Positions 1-8,456 of a DNA stretch of 47,656 nt are shown piece after piece. This stretch comes from Eubacteriales bacterium (GTDB lineage: Bacteria; Bacillota; Clostridia; Oscillospirales; CAG-382). Each line of letters starts with the position of its first letter. The first letter of the stretch is position 1. The position numbers and the translations under genes are program-made. The notes below the pieces were generated by a model that did no database searches, was not told the origin of the DNA, and saw only the letters and a program-made list of their open reading frames with translations. Location: contig JAZSLO010000043.1 in assembly GCA_045535415.1 (NCBI GenBank), positions 1 to 47,656 of the forward strand. The letters are read 5' to 3'.

Positions 1-3
1 GTC

Positions 4-1560
4 ATGGACAAAGTAGCAATTTATTGCCGCTTATCTGAAGAAGACAGAGACAAACTAAATAAAACAGACGATTCTGAAAGTATAAAGAATCAAAAATCAA
101 TGCTATTGAAGTATGCAATGCAACAAGGGTGGGAAGTTTACAACATTTACAGTGATGACGATTATGCCGGAGCTGACAGAAAAAGGCCTGAATTTAACAG
201 GTTGCTTCATGATGCCGAAGAAGGAAAATTTGATATTGTGCTTTGTAAAACTCAGTCGCGTTTCACTCGTGAACTTGAGCTTGTTGAAAAGTACATACAC
301 GGATTGTTTCCTCTTTGGGGAATCAGATTTGTCGGGCTTGTTGACAATGCTGATACCGACAACAAAGGTAACAAAAAAGCAAGACAGATAAACGGTCTTG
401 TAAATGAGTGGTATCTCGAAGATATGTCAGAAAGTATCAAAAGTTCACTTACAATCAGACGACAAAACGGATATCATATCGGTTCGTTTGCTCTCTATGG
501 TTATATGAAAGATCCTAACCAGAAAGGGCATCTGATTATCGATGAAGAAGCTGCAGAGGTTGTTCGCAAAGTGTTTACATTGTTTTCGCAAGGGATGGGC
601 AAAACCGCCATAGCAAGGTGGCTTAATGAGAAAGGAATACCTAATCCTACAGAATACAAACATCTGAAGGGGCTCAGGTACAAACAACCGGAATCGAAAA
701 AAAGTACACTTTGGAGATACTTTGCTATATCTGATATGTTGGTGAATGAAATTTATATCGGAAATATGGTTCAAGGTAAATATGGCAGTGTTTCTTACAA
801 AACTAAGGAAAACAAACCACGACCTAAAGACCAATGGTACCGTGTCGAAGGAACACACGAGCCTATTATCGATCGTGAACTTTGGGACAGAGTGCAGGGA
901 ATGATAAAGAATCGCACAAAACCATTTACTACGGGAAATATAGGTGTTTTCGCTGGCAAAGTACACTGTGAGCATTGCGGTTATACGATGCGTTCTTCAA
1001 AGAGTCGTGGTGAGCATTATCTGCAATGTGCAACAAAGCACGTGGCAAAGGGGGCCTGCGAGGGTGCTTTTATTCCGGTGAAGAAGCTTGAAAGCATCGT
1101 AATTGCTGAACTGAATCGTATGACGAGAGAATTTCTTGACAAGGATGAGCTCGAACAGAAAATTGAGTTTGCAAAGAATCTTACCGAGCAAAAGAAAAAG
1201 CTTGAATCAGAGGTTGAACGGTACAAAAAGCTTGTTGACAGTACTTCCCGTGCAGTTAAGGAGTGTTATCTTGATAAAGTTAAGGGCGACATTGATATTG
1301 ATGAATACAATTCAATCGTCAAAGAACTGAAATCAGATAAGACAAAGTATGAAAAAGTTATAACTGACGGAGAAAATCAGATTGCAGAGATTGAAGAGCG
1401 CCTTGCAGCCGGAGATAATCGTCGTGAACTGATTGAACAGTACACCAATATCACAGAACTTGACCGTGAAACTGTGGACATTATGATTGATCACATCGTT
1501 GTCGGCAGACGAATCAAGGGTACGAAAAATTACCCCGTTGAAATTTATTGGAACTTCTGA
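4..1560 (+). CDS. large serine recombinase, probably the integrase of a second integrated element lying left of the window
   Basis: Full 518-aa ORF. N-terminal catalytic-serine motif VAIYCRLSEEDRD, recombinase domain, Cys-rich zinc ribbon (CEHCGYTMRS...LQC...C) and a C-terminal coiled coil. The 3' end points at the cotJC breakpoint near 1714. Confidence 0.9.
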   Translation: MDKVAIYCRLSEEDRDKLNKTDDSESIKNQKSMLLKYAMQQGWEVYNIYSDDDYAGADRKRPEFNRLLHDAEEGKFDIVLCKTQSRFTRELELVEKYIHGLFPLWGIRFVGLVDNADTDNKGNKKARQINGLVNEWYLEDMSESIKSSLTIRRQNGYHIGSFALYGYMKDPNQKGHLIIDEEAAEVVRKVFTLFSQGMGKTAIARWLNEKGIPNPTEYKHLKGLRYKQPESKKSTLWRYFAISDMLVNEIYIGNMVQGKYGSVSYKTKENKPRPKDQWYRVEGTHEPIIDRELWDRVQGMIKNRTKPFTTGNIGVFAGKVHCEHCGYTMRSSKSRGEHYLQCATKHVAKGACEGAFIPVKKLESIVIAELNRMTREFLDKDELEQKIEFAKNLTEQKKKLESEVERYKKLVDSTSRAVKECYLDKVKGDIDIDEYNSIVKELKSDKTKYEKVITDGENQIAEIEERLAAGDNRRELIEQYTNITELDRETVDIMIDHIVVGRRIKGTKNYPVEIYWNF

Positions 1561-1698
1561 GGCAAGAGCTGAAAATGACTGTTTTTGCCTCAGGTTGTTC
1601 TTACAACATCGTAGCTATGAAAAAGCAAGCGCAACAGAAAAAACGACAAAAATCGCATAAAATAAGGGTTTTCAGCAATTCGGTTTTGTATGTTGTTC

Positions 1699-2039
1699 TT
1701 ATGAGATTGTAGCATCTGCTGCAAGGTCTTCGGTAAGGTCGGTTATTGCGTCACCTTTAGATTGAAAAACAAGGGAGGTAAAGGGAATGCCGCCCGAGGA
1801 CATAGGCCAAAGACCTGGGCCGTGGTCAACATAATAGGTGTAAAAACCGCTGTCTTCAATCTGCTTTTCGGTAAGACCACGTGTTAGCTGACGAATCATT
1901 GAACTGACAAGCTCCATATGAGCAAGTTCTTCCGTACCGATGTCAGTAAGAAGGCCCGTTACATCGTTGTAGGGCATGCTGTATCTTTGAGAAAGATAGC
2001 GCATACTTGCCGCAAGTTCGCCGTCAGGACCGCCGAACT
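1699..2039 (-). pseudogene. cotJC: internal segment of split spore-coat gene cotJC (Mn-catalase family), roughly residues 29-136 of the family
   Basis: Translation FGGPDGELAASMRYLSQRYSMP..LLTDIGTEELAHMEL..GIPFTSLVFQSKGDAITDLTEDLAA matches the CotJC/Mn-catalase pattern. It lacks the N-terminus (found at 39747-39840). It ends prematurely (..AADATIS*) about 50 residues before the family C-terminus. Confidence 0.85.
2028..2039. repeat. attL core (GACCGCCGAACT), identical to 39747-39758
   Basis: Exact 12-nt direct repeat at both cotJC breakpoints, in the same codon phase (TTC GGC GGT on the minus strand). Confidence 0.8.
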
Positions 2040-2064
2040 TCATTAGGCTATTGAGTGCCAAAAA

Positions 2065-3519
2065 TTAATCTACCATAAGGCGATAGGAGATTTTTAAGCA
2101 GTTTGTTTCGGATGAGAATGAGCAGGTGCTTATCAGTCCGCTTGCTGCTTCGTTCTTTTGCTCAAGTGTTGCCTTTTCGTCATTGATAACTTCAAGCACT
2201 TTTGCAATTGCGCTTTTCAGCAATTTTAAATCGTCTTTGGTATTCCGTTTCTGATTTTGCTTTTTCTTTTGTTTTTCCAAAAGTTCAAGTTCACTATCAA
2301 TAGAATACTTTATTTTTTTATAATTGTCAAGGGTTTCCACTCCATTTAGGTATGCTTCTCTTAATCTATCAAGTTTCTTCTTCAGGTTTTGCTCTTGTTT
2401 CTCAAGGTTTACATCCTTTGAGGAGAGGGATATTATCTCCGAAAAGTATTCGACGGGGACAAAGGTTCCTGTGTCTGTTTCAAGGCGCTGGACAAGTGCT
2501 CTTTCAAGTTCATCCTGCGGTATTGCCTGAGAATGAGAGCATCTTCCTTTGAGATAATTTCCGCACTTATATTTTCCGCAATTCCAGATAAGTGTTGCAT
2601 TACATTCGCTACATCTTACTATTCCAGAAATCCAATGTTTTTTTTCTGATGCAGGTCTTGCGTGATACTTGAACTGCTCTTTTAACATTCTCATACGCCT
2701 TTGTGCAGCGTTCCAGGTTTCCTCGTCAATTATGGGCTTATGCTTTGCATCTGCCGTTATGATATTTTCATCATCAAAGTTGCGTTTTGACCTACCCGTC
2801 GGATTCCAACGCAGTTTTCCGATATATACAGGGTTTCTGATTATATACTCTATTGTCCTATGCTCAAAGGGGTTTCCTCTATGTGTTTTTATGCCAAGTG
2901 AGTTTACATATCTTGCAACGGGCAAATAGCCTTCACCGCCGACAAAGCGTGCGAAAATTGTTTTTACTATCTCTGCTTCCTCGGGTACCGGCACGAGTAC
3001 ATTATCCTTTACTGCATATCCGAAAGGTGCTGTTGTCTGAAGCTCTCCACGCAGTGCCTTTTCTGTCATACCCTTTTTTACCTCATCGGAAAGGTTTATT
3101 GAATAGTATTCCGCCATTGCTTCAAGCATTGCTTCAAGTATTACGGAAAACTTATCATCCTCTATTGACTCGGTTATGGATATAACACGCACACCGCATT
3201 CTTTTTTAAGCATTGACTTATATACAACGCTATCCTCACGGCTTCTTGCAAATCTATCAAATTTATGCACGAGTATTACATCAAATGGGTGGTCTTTACT
3301 CTTTGCCATTGATATCATTTGCATAAATGCAGGTCTTTTTTCAGCTTTTCTTCCTGATATGCCTTCATCGACAAATATGAATTCCTCGGGAATATACATA
3401 TTGTTGGTGTCGGCATATTTTTTTAATGCCTTTTTTTGTGCATCGGGGGAATATTCCGTCTGGTCATCTGTACTTACACGGATATAAGCGGCGGCTATAA
3501 GGGTTTTATTATGCTTCAT
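2065..3519 (-). CDS. large serine recombinase (prophage integrase)
   Basis: 484 aa. AAYIRVSTDDQ catalytic-serine motif, recombinase domain, zinc ribbon (CSECNATLIW..KYKCGNY..GRC) and a coiled-coil C-terminus. The stop codon lies 25 bp from the attL core. 12 nt downstream of the repressor gene on the same strand. Confidence 0.92.
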   Translation of the reverse strand: MKHNKTLIAAAYIRVSTDDQTEYSPDAQKKALKKYADTNNMYIPEEFIFVDEGISGRKAEKRPAFMQMISMAKSKDHPFDVILVHKFDRFARSREDSVVYKSMLKKECGVRVISITESIEDDKFSVILEAMLEAMAEYYSINLSDEVKKGMTEKALRGELQTTAPFGYAVKDNVLVPVPEEAEIVKTIFARFVGGEGYLPVARYVNSLGIKTHRGNPFEHRTIEYIIRNPVYIGKLRWNPTGRSKRNFDDENIITADAKHKPIIDEETWNAAQRRMRMLKEQFKYHARPASEKKHWISGIVRCSECNATLIWNCGKYKCGNYLKGRCSHSQAIPQDELERALVQRLETDTGTFVPVEYFSEIISLSSKDVNLEKQEQNLKKKLDRLREAYLNGVETLDNYKKIKYSIDSELELLEKQKKKQNQKRNTKDDLKLLKSAIAKVLEVINDEKATLEQKNEAASGLISTCSFSSETNCLKISYRLMVD

Positions 3520-3531
3520 TATATCACCGCC

Positions 3532-4455
3532 TTATATATTCTTGATAACTGTTTTTACAAGTCCTACAACTCTTATTCTGAGTACATCTCTGCCCTCAAA
3601 TCTCTGCATCGGGTACATAGGGTTTATGGAATGCAGTTCAATCCAGTTATCACCGTACACGACCTTTTTGACAAGGCCTTCTTCACCGTCAAGGAGAATT
3701 ACGGCTATCTGACCGCTATCAACGCTTGTTTGTCTATGTACCTGAATTATATCACCGTCTTCAATTTTTGGATGCATGCTATCGCCTGTTACCTTAATAC
3801 AGATTGAGTTTTCTGCATCAGCAGGGTTTGTTATATAGCAGGGGACATAATCAAGCACATCACTTACAGCGCAGGCTCCAAAGCCTGCGGAAACGGATTC
3901 AAAGAGAGGAATCATATATATGTTTTTATCGTTTAAGAATATTGCGTTTGCTTCGGGAGAGGGGAATGTAATACCTTTGCGGTCTGTATCTTGCTCTTTT
4001 TCTTCTGAAAAATAAGATACAGGGACACCAAAGAAATCGGCAATTTTTGCGAGTGCAGTGCTATGGGGAACTGCACCGTTCTTCCACCGTGTAACAGCAC
4101 CCGACGAGATACCGAGTTGTTTTGCAACGGGGTTTGGCTTTGTATTATTCTCAACACACAATCTTACAAATCTTTCCCAAAACATATCAAAACTATCATT
4201 AGATTGTATTTGATTGTCTGATGTGGAGAGGGTAGGTTTTGCACTTTTATCATCTGTTTGGTCGGTCAAATATTCAAGAGAGGTGTCTAAAATCTTGATG
4301 ATTATAGACAACCTATCGTTTGGTATATCTCCGCCATTTGATTTCAAAATATCATTGAAGTAACTTCTTCCCATACCGAATTTCTTACAAATAAAGGCTA
4401 TTGAAATCCCCTTTTCTTTTGCCAATTCCTTTATTTTTGAAATGTTTACCTTCAT
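3532..4455 (-). CDS. CI/LexA-like phage repressor: two XRE-type HTH domains plus an S24 autopeptidase domain
   Basis: Two HTH segments (KEKGISIAFICKKFGMGRSYF; VAKQLGISSGAVTRWKNG). C-terminal VTGDSMHP...LVKKV Ser/Lys peptidase signature. Divergent from a cro-like gene. Confidence 0.85.
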   Translation of the reverse strand: MKVNISKIKELAKEKGISIAFICKKFGMGRSYFNDILKSNGGDIPNDRLSIIIKILDTSLEYLTDQTDDKSAKPTLSTSDNQIQSNDSFDMFWERFVRLCVENNTKPNPVAKQLGISSGAVTRWKNGAVPHSTALAKIADFFGVPVSYFSEEKEQDTDRKGITFPSPEANAIFLNDKNIYMIPLFESVSAGFGACAVSDVLDYVPCYITNPADAENSICIKVTGDSMHPKIEDGDIIQVHRQTSVDSGQIAVILLDGEEGLVKKVVYGDNWIELHSINPMYPMQRFEGRDVLRIRVVGLVKTVIKNI

Positions 4456-4475
4456 AATTCACACCCTTTGTTAAT

Positions 4476-4573
4476 TTTGACTAAACCTACAACACATTTG
4501 TTGTGCAACCCTACAAAAGTAGGTGATTGTTTAGAAAAAAGTATTGACAAAACCTACGCAGGTAGGTTACAAT
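4476..4573. promoter_or_regulatory. lysis-lysogeny switch region with operator-like inverted repeats and a rightward promoter
   Basis: TTGACA (4544-4549), 18-nt spacer, TACAAT (4568-4573). Inverted repeat AACCTAC-GCAG-GTAGGTT (4551-4568) sits between -35 and -10. Related CCTAC-AAAA-GTAGG at 4510-4523. ACAACA-N4-TGTTGT at 4489-4504. Confidence 0.5.
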
Positions 4574-4653
4574 ACAATCACAGAACAAATCCGTAACACG
4601 ATTATATCATTGTTGGAAATTGTTTGTCAAGTATTTACGAAAGGAGAAAATAT

Positions 4654-4854
4654 ATGAAGCTTAGCAAAGCCTTAAAGCGCAAAAGACTTGCGGCAGGACT
4701 TACTCAGGAACAGCTCGCTCAGAGTCTTGGTATTCAGCATACTGTTATTTGCGAATACGAGAACGGAAAGCGAGGAGCAAATCCGGGAAGAATAAAGGCT
4801 ATGGCCGATGTTCTCGGCTGTGATGTTGAAAGTATTATTGACGAGAACTCTTAA
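4654..4854 (+). CDS. Cro-like XRE-family HTH regulator
   Basis: RBS AAAGGAG upstream of ATG 4654. LTQEQLAQSLGIQHTVICEYENGKR helix-turn-helix. Divergent from the repressor. Confidence 0.75.
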   Translation: MKLSKALKRKRLAAGLTQEQLAQSLGIQHTVICEYENGKRGANPGRIKAMADVLGCDVESIIDENS

Positions 4855-4927
4855 TTTAATTTAAGAAGAATCGAGGAGGAAAGAAGGTGAGAATATGCTT
4901 TTGAGGATTATCGGACTTGTTTTGTTT

Positions 4928-5260
4928 TTAGTTTGTGTCAATTTTATTGCCTCCCTTTTTGCGACGGCTTTTACTGCCGAGGTTCGTGATTATGGTAAAA
5001 TCAGGGCTTGTTTTTATTTGCTGGGTGTTTTCCTTGCAGGAATAGTTATTGGCATATTTCTTTTTTAGAACCCCGTCATTTCCGAAATATGACCAGTCAA
5101 GGTGTTGTCCGCATCTATCGCAATAGGATTGAAATTCTCTTTCAAGAGTTATTTCACATCTTGGGCAGATTGGAAACACGGACAAGTCTTTACATTCAAA
5201 AACCCTTGTGACTTTCATTTTAATTCTAAAGCTTTGAGCGTCCTCTAAATCAGGCGACAT
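4928..5260 (-). CDS. small zinc-ribbon protein (hypothetical); start uncertain
   Basis: CPRC..x12..YCDRCGQHLDWS motif, paralogous to 10286-10549. The C-terminal half is low-complexity and overlaps a plus-strand 57-aa ORF (4895-5068). Confidence 0.4.
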   Translation of the reverse strand: MSPDLEDAQSFRIKMKVTRVFECKDLSVFPICPRCEITLEREFQSYCDRCGQHLDWSYFGNDGVLKKKYANNYSCKENTQQIKTSPDFTIITNLGSKSRRKKGGNKIDTN

Positions 5261-5558
5261 TCTTTGCAGATTCCTTCACGATTCTTGCAAGGTCTGAAAG
5301 CACCTTTGAAGGACTATCGCACAGAAACAGCAGAAAGAGAATAATTGTGAGTGTGCCGGGCGTTGTCTTTTGGTTTTCTATAAGGCAGTAGGAGCGCACA
5401 TCCATTTGCAGTTTTTCTGCCATCTGGCTTTGAGTGAGCGAAAGGGACTTTCTTGTTTCATAGAATTTCTTTGAAAAATACTCCTGAAGTTTTGAATGTA
5501 ATACTTTTCTCATTAAAATGTGATACCTCTTTCGACAAATTTTTACACATTTTAACAA
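5250..5558 (-). CDS. XRE-family HTH protein, paralogue of 39423-39692 (true start possibly 5513)
   Basis: LTQSQMAEKLQMDVRSYCLIENQK..TLTIILFLL aligns with LTQKKMANLLEMDVRSYSDIENGK..TLTFILLL of the attR-proximal gene. Confidence 0.65.
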   Translation of the reverse strand: MLKCVKICRKRYHILMRKVLHSKLQEYFSKKFYETRKSLSLTQSQMAEKLQMDVRSYCLIENQKTTPGTLTIILFLLFLCDSPSKVLSDLARIVKESAKNVA

Positions 5559-5692
5559 AATATTCCAGCCAATAAAATGAGGCGCATATCATATTTTTTA
5601 ATTTCAAACAACTTTTTTATGAGTTTTTACGACAGGACAAGCAACAAAATACAAATTTTTGCATATTTTTTTAAATGAAAGGAGACACGACA

Positions 5693-5965
5693 ATGCCGAG
5701 AAAACCAAAAGAAAGACCGCCTATAAGAACAGAATCCTATGTTCATGTGGGCGACAAGCTTGTAAACACAGACGATTTAAACCCCGTTCAGAAGGAAAAG
5801 CTTGGGATATGGATAAAAACAACTCTTTTAAATTCTATTTACAGAGGCAGGTACCGCTTTTTCCCCGTTGATGAAAACGGAAACGAAATTACTATTGACG
5901 ACATTACACCTGAGCTTCTTGAAACAATGAAGGCAAGGCAGACGGCTTCTGAATCAAAGGCTTGA
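5693..5965 (+). CDS. hypothetical early protein
   Basis: ORF with RBS AAAGGAG before ATG 5693. No recognised motif. Confidence 0.45.
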   Translation: MPRKPKERPPIRTESYVHVGDKLVNTDDLNPVQKEKLGIWIKTTLLNSIYRGRYRFFPVDENGNEITIDDITPELLETMKARQTASESKA

Positions 5966-6010
5966 AATGAAAAAGGAAGTCAAAAAAGGACAAGCATTAC
6001 AGGAGGCAAT

Positions 6011-6808
6011 ATGACAGAAAAAGAATACAGACTTCATCCTGCAATATCACGCTCGGAATTATTCAGAATAAGCGAAAGTCCCGAAAAGTTTAAGTATTAC
6101 AAGGACAACCCTCCGTCTCCCACTCCTGCGTTAATTTTTGGTCAGGCTTTTCACAAAGCGGTTCTTGAGCCGAGAAGTTTTAACAAGGAGTTTGCAGTTA
6201 TGCCAAATGTTGACAGGCGCACAAAAGAGGGGAAGGCACTGCACGAAAGTTTTTTGCAAGAGTCAAGAGAAAAAACGATTATTTGTGCCGAGGATTTCTT
6301 ACTTATAAAGGAAATGGCAAAGGCACTCAAGAAAAATGAGTATGTGAAAAAGTTACTTTCGGGCAAAAAGGAAAAGGCTTATTTCTGGACTGACGAGCTT
6401 TCCGGTGAAGAATGCAAATGCAGAGTTGACTGTCTGAACACGAAATTTTCCACACCTATTATTATTGACTTAAAGACAACGCTGGATGCTTCAACGGAAG
6501 GTTTCACAAAGGCTGCCATAAAGCACGGATATGATTTTCAGGCAGCTATGTACAGCGAGGGTGTCAAGAAAAACATAAAAAAGGATGTTCTGTTTGTTTT
6601 TATTGCCATAGAAAAAACGCCGCCTTATGCAATAAACATATTTCAGGCGGACGAGCTCTTTATAAAGCGCGGATATGACCTTTTCCGAGAGTACATAGGT
6701 ATTTATTCGGAATGCAAACAAAAAGGCGAATTTTGGGGTTATCTCGGGCATTACAATCAAATAAACAACTTATCCTTGCCAAGTTATTTGGCAAAGGAAA
6801 TTGAATAG
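6011..6808 (+). CDS. PD-(D/E)XK exonuclease (RecE-C-terminal/DUF3799-like)
   Basis: N-terminal HPAISRSEL..G.AFH pattern and IIDLKT (D..K) nuclease motif. Immediately upstream of an annealing-protein gene. Confidence 0.65.
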   Translation: MTEKEYRLHPAISRSELFRISESPEKFKYYKDNPPSPTPALIFGQAFHKAVLEPRSFNKEFAVMPNVDRRTKEGKALHESFLQESREKTIICAEDFLLIKEMAKALKKNEYVKKLLSGKKEKAYFWTDELSGEECKCRVDCLNTKFSTPIIIDLKTTLDASTEGFTKAAIKHGYDFQAAMYSEGVKKNIKKDVLFVFIAIEKTPPYAINIFQADELFIKRGYDLFREYIGIYSECKQKGEFWGYLGHYNQINNLSLPSYLAKEIE

Positions 6809-6817
6809 GAGAAGATT

Positions 6818-7663
6818 ATGAACAAAGACATTATAGAAGTTGAGGCACAGGTGCCAAATGCTCCCGAAATGAAAAACGGGATTATGGCACAAATGGACAA
6901 CATAAATCAGGGAACTGTTGCAATTGAAGCAAGCAGAGCCATAGCGGAAGCGCAGGGAAAACTTGTTATTGCAAAAAGATTCCCGAGAGACGAGGTACAG
7001 TCTTATGCAAAGGCAATGGAAGCCTGTCAGAGACCTTCAATGGCAGAAAAAGCATTTTATTCCTTTCCAAGAGGTACACAGACAGTTGAAGGACCGACAA
7101 TACGCTTTGCAGAGGAGCTTGCTCGTTGCTGGGGCAACATTGATTACGGTATAAAGGAACTGTCACAGGATGGCGGAAAAAGCGAAATGCAGGCGTATGC
7201 GTGGGATTTGGAAACAAATGCTCAGAGTATTCAGAACTTTACAAACCCACACGCACGAGAACAAAACAAAAAAATGGTAACTCTTACAAGTCAGAGGGAC
7301 ATTTACGAAAACAATGCAAATATGGCAACAAGGAGACTCAGAAGCCGTATTCTTGCAATTTTGCCTTCCTGGTTTGTTGAAGATGCTATTGCCGAATGTA
7401 AAAAAACTCTTGCGGGGCAGAATGACACCCCTCTTGTTGACAGAGTTAAGAAAATGGTTACTTCCTTTGCGAAGTTAGGTGTTACTCAAAAGCAACTTGA
7501 GGGCAGACTTAAACGCAAAATTGACACAATGAATGCCGATGACTTCACGGAATATATTGGAATTTACAATGCGATAAAGCAGGGGGAGAGCAAGATTGCA
7601 GACTGGTTTGAGGCTGAAAAGGTTGCGACTGACCTCTCTGATGAACTTAAAGGTGCACAATGA
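6818..7663 (+). CDS. single-strand annealing protein (RecT/Red-beta-like superfamily)
   Basis: Position after the exonuclease gene. C-terminal ATRRLRSRILAILP resembles the RecT AIRRLFKYLP segment. Assignment is by pattern only. Confidence 0.5.
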   Translation: MNKDIIEVEAQVPNAPEMKNGIMAQMDNINQGTVAIEASRAIAEAQGKLVIAKRFPRDEVQSYAKAMEACQRPSMAEKAFYSFPRGTQTVEGPTIRFAEELARCWGNIDYGIKELSQDGGKSEMQAYAWDLETNAQSIQNFTNPHAREQNKKMVTLTSQRDIYENNANMATRRLRSRILAILPSWFVEDAIAECKKTLAGQNDTPLVDRVKKMVTSFAKLGVTQKQLEGRLKRKIDTMNADDFTEYIGIYNAIKQGESKIADWFEAEKVATDLSDELKGAQ

Positions 7664-8133
7664 TTATTGTTGATACAAGAGAAAAAAAGAACGCTCACAT
7701 ACTCGAGTACTTTGACAAAAACGGAATATTCTATACTCTCAAAAAACTTGATGTTGCAGATTACAGTCTTGAGGGAAATGAAAAGGTATGTGTTGACCGA
7801 AAACAGAATCTTGAAGAGGTTTCTTATAATCTTATGAACAAAAAGGACCATTCAAGGTTTTGGAAGGAAGTCCGCAGGGCAAAGGAAAAGGGCATTAAAA
7901 TGATTGTTCTTTGCGAACACGGCGGAAGCATTACGGACATTAAAAGCGTGTCAAAATGGCACTCTCTTTATACTACGGTTTCGGGCCGTACTCTTATGGA
8001 CGAAATTTACAGGGTACATATTTCCTATGGAGTGGAGTTTCTCTTTTGCAAAAAGTGTGACACCGGAAGAATAATAAACGAGATTTTGACAGGAACTTAT
8101 AAAGGAGATGCGACAAATGAAAGTCAGAATTGA
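7660..8133 (+). CDS. ERCC4-type (XPF/Mus81-like) nuclease, possible junction resolvase
   Basis: IIVDTREKK .. VADY .. VDRKQNLEE matches the ERCC4 domain signature (DxRE..GDY..ERK). Confidence 0.6.
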   Translation: MIIVDTREKKNAHILEYFDKNGIFYTLKKLDVADYSLEGNEKVCVDRKQNLEEVSYNLMNKKDHSRFWKEVRRAKEKGIKMIVLCEHGGSITDIKSVSKWHSLYTTVSGRTLMDEIYRVHISYGVEFLFCKKCDTGRIINEILTGTYKGDATNESQN

Positions 8134-8452
8134 AAGAACAACCAAAAAACAAAAAGACGAAGCTCTATCCTACGCTATGAACTGGCTTAAAGGGACAGCG
8201 ATGCCGAAAGTGACTCGCAATGTTGAAGCAATCATTTTATGGCAGCTTCACGAACAGTTTGGATTTGGAAAGAAGCGTCTTTTAAAGTTTCTTGACAACA
8301 CAATGCCGATGTTGACGCATATGCTTGATTATTACGATTATCAGACCGACGAGGACGCTATATGGATTTGTGAGCACAAGTTAAAGACGGTGCTTGGCAT
8401 TGACCTTAATGAGATAAATTCGCCGTTTGAGGCAAAACCAGTTGTGAGGTGA
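8117..8452 (+). CDS. hypothetical protein
   Basis: ORF with AAAGGAG 9 nt upstream of ATG 8117. Confidence 0.4.
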   Translation: MKVRIERTTKKQKDEALSYAMNWLKGTAMPKVTRNVEAIILWQLHEQFGFGKKRLLKFLDNTMPMLTHMLDYYDYQTDEDAIWICEHKLKTVLGIDLNEINSPFEAKPVVR

Positions 8453-8456
8453 GAAA

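Noticed and set aside
445-975. Long antisense ORFs in the track (e.g. 445-975, 21840-22349, 30772-31155, 42169-42729, 46196-46573).
   Set aside because: They lie entirely opposite well-supported genes (recombinase, scaffold, tail proteins, hydrolase, grpE). They have no RBS and their composition is typical of shadow frames.
2013-2040. Imperfect palindrome AAGTTCGCCG-N7-CGCCGAACTT in the host-side sequence, possibly the attB dyad.
   Set aside because: Its centre (about 2026) falls outside the 12-nt identity block where crossover must occur. It can be explained by the coding repeat GGPDGEL/FGG. The symmetry of the reconstructed attP is the more convincing signal.
2040-2061. The phage end supplies an in-frame TTG/ATG (..L M K F G G..) that could initiate an N-terminally truncated CotJC from the integrase transcript.
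   Set aside because: There is no Shine-Dalgarno sequence upstream. The product would lack both the N-terminus and the C-terminal third of the fold. It is most likely a by-product of the junction sequence.
4895-5068. Plus-strand 57-aa two-TM ORF (MLLRIIGLVLFLVCVNFIASLF...) with a strong RBS, downstream of cro.
   Set aside because: It overlaps the C-terminal half of the minus-strand zinc-ribbon ORF. It may simply be the hydrophobic mirror of a Lys/Asn-rich frame. Composition alone cannot decide between the two, so it is not reported as a feature.
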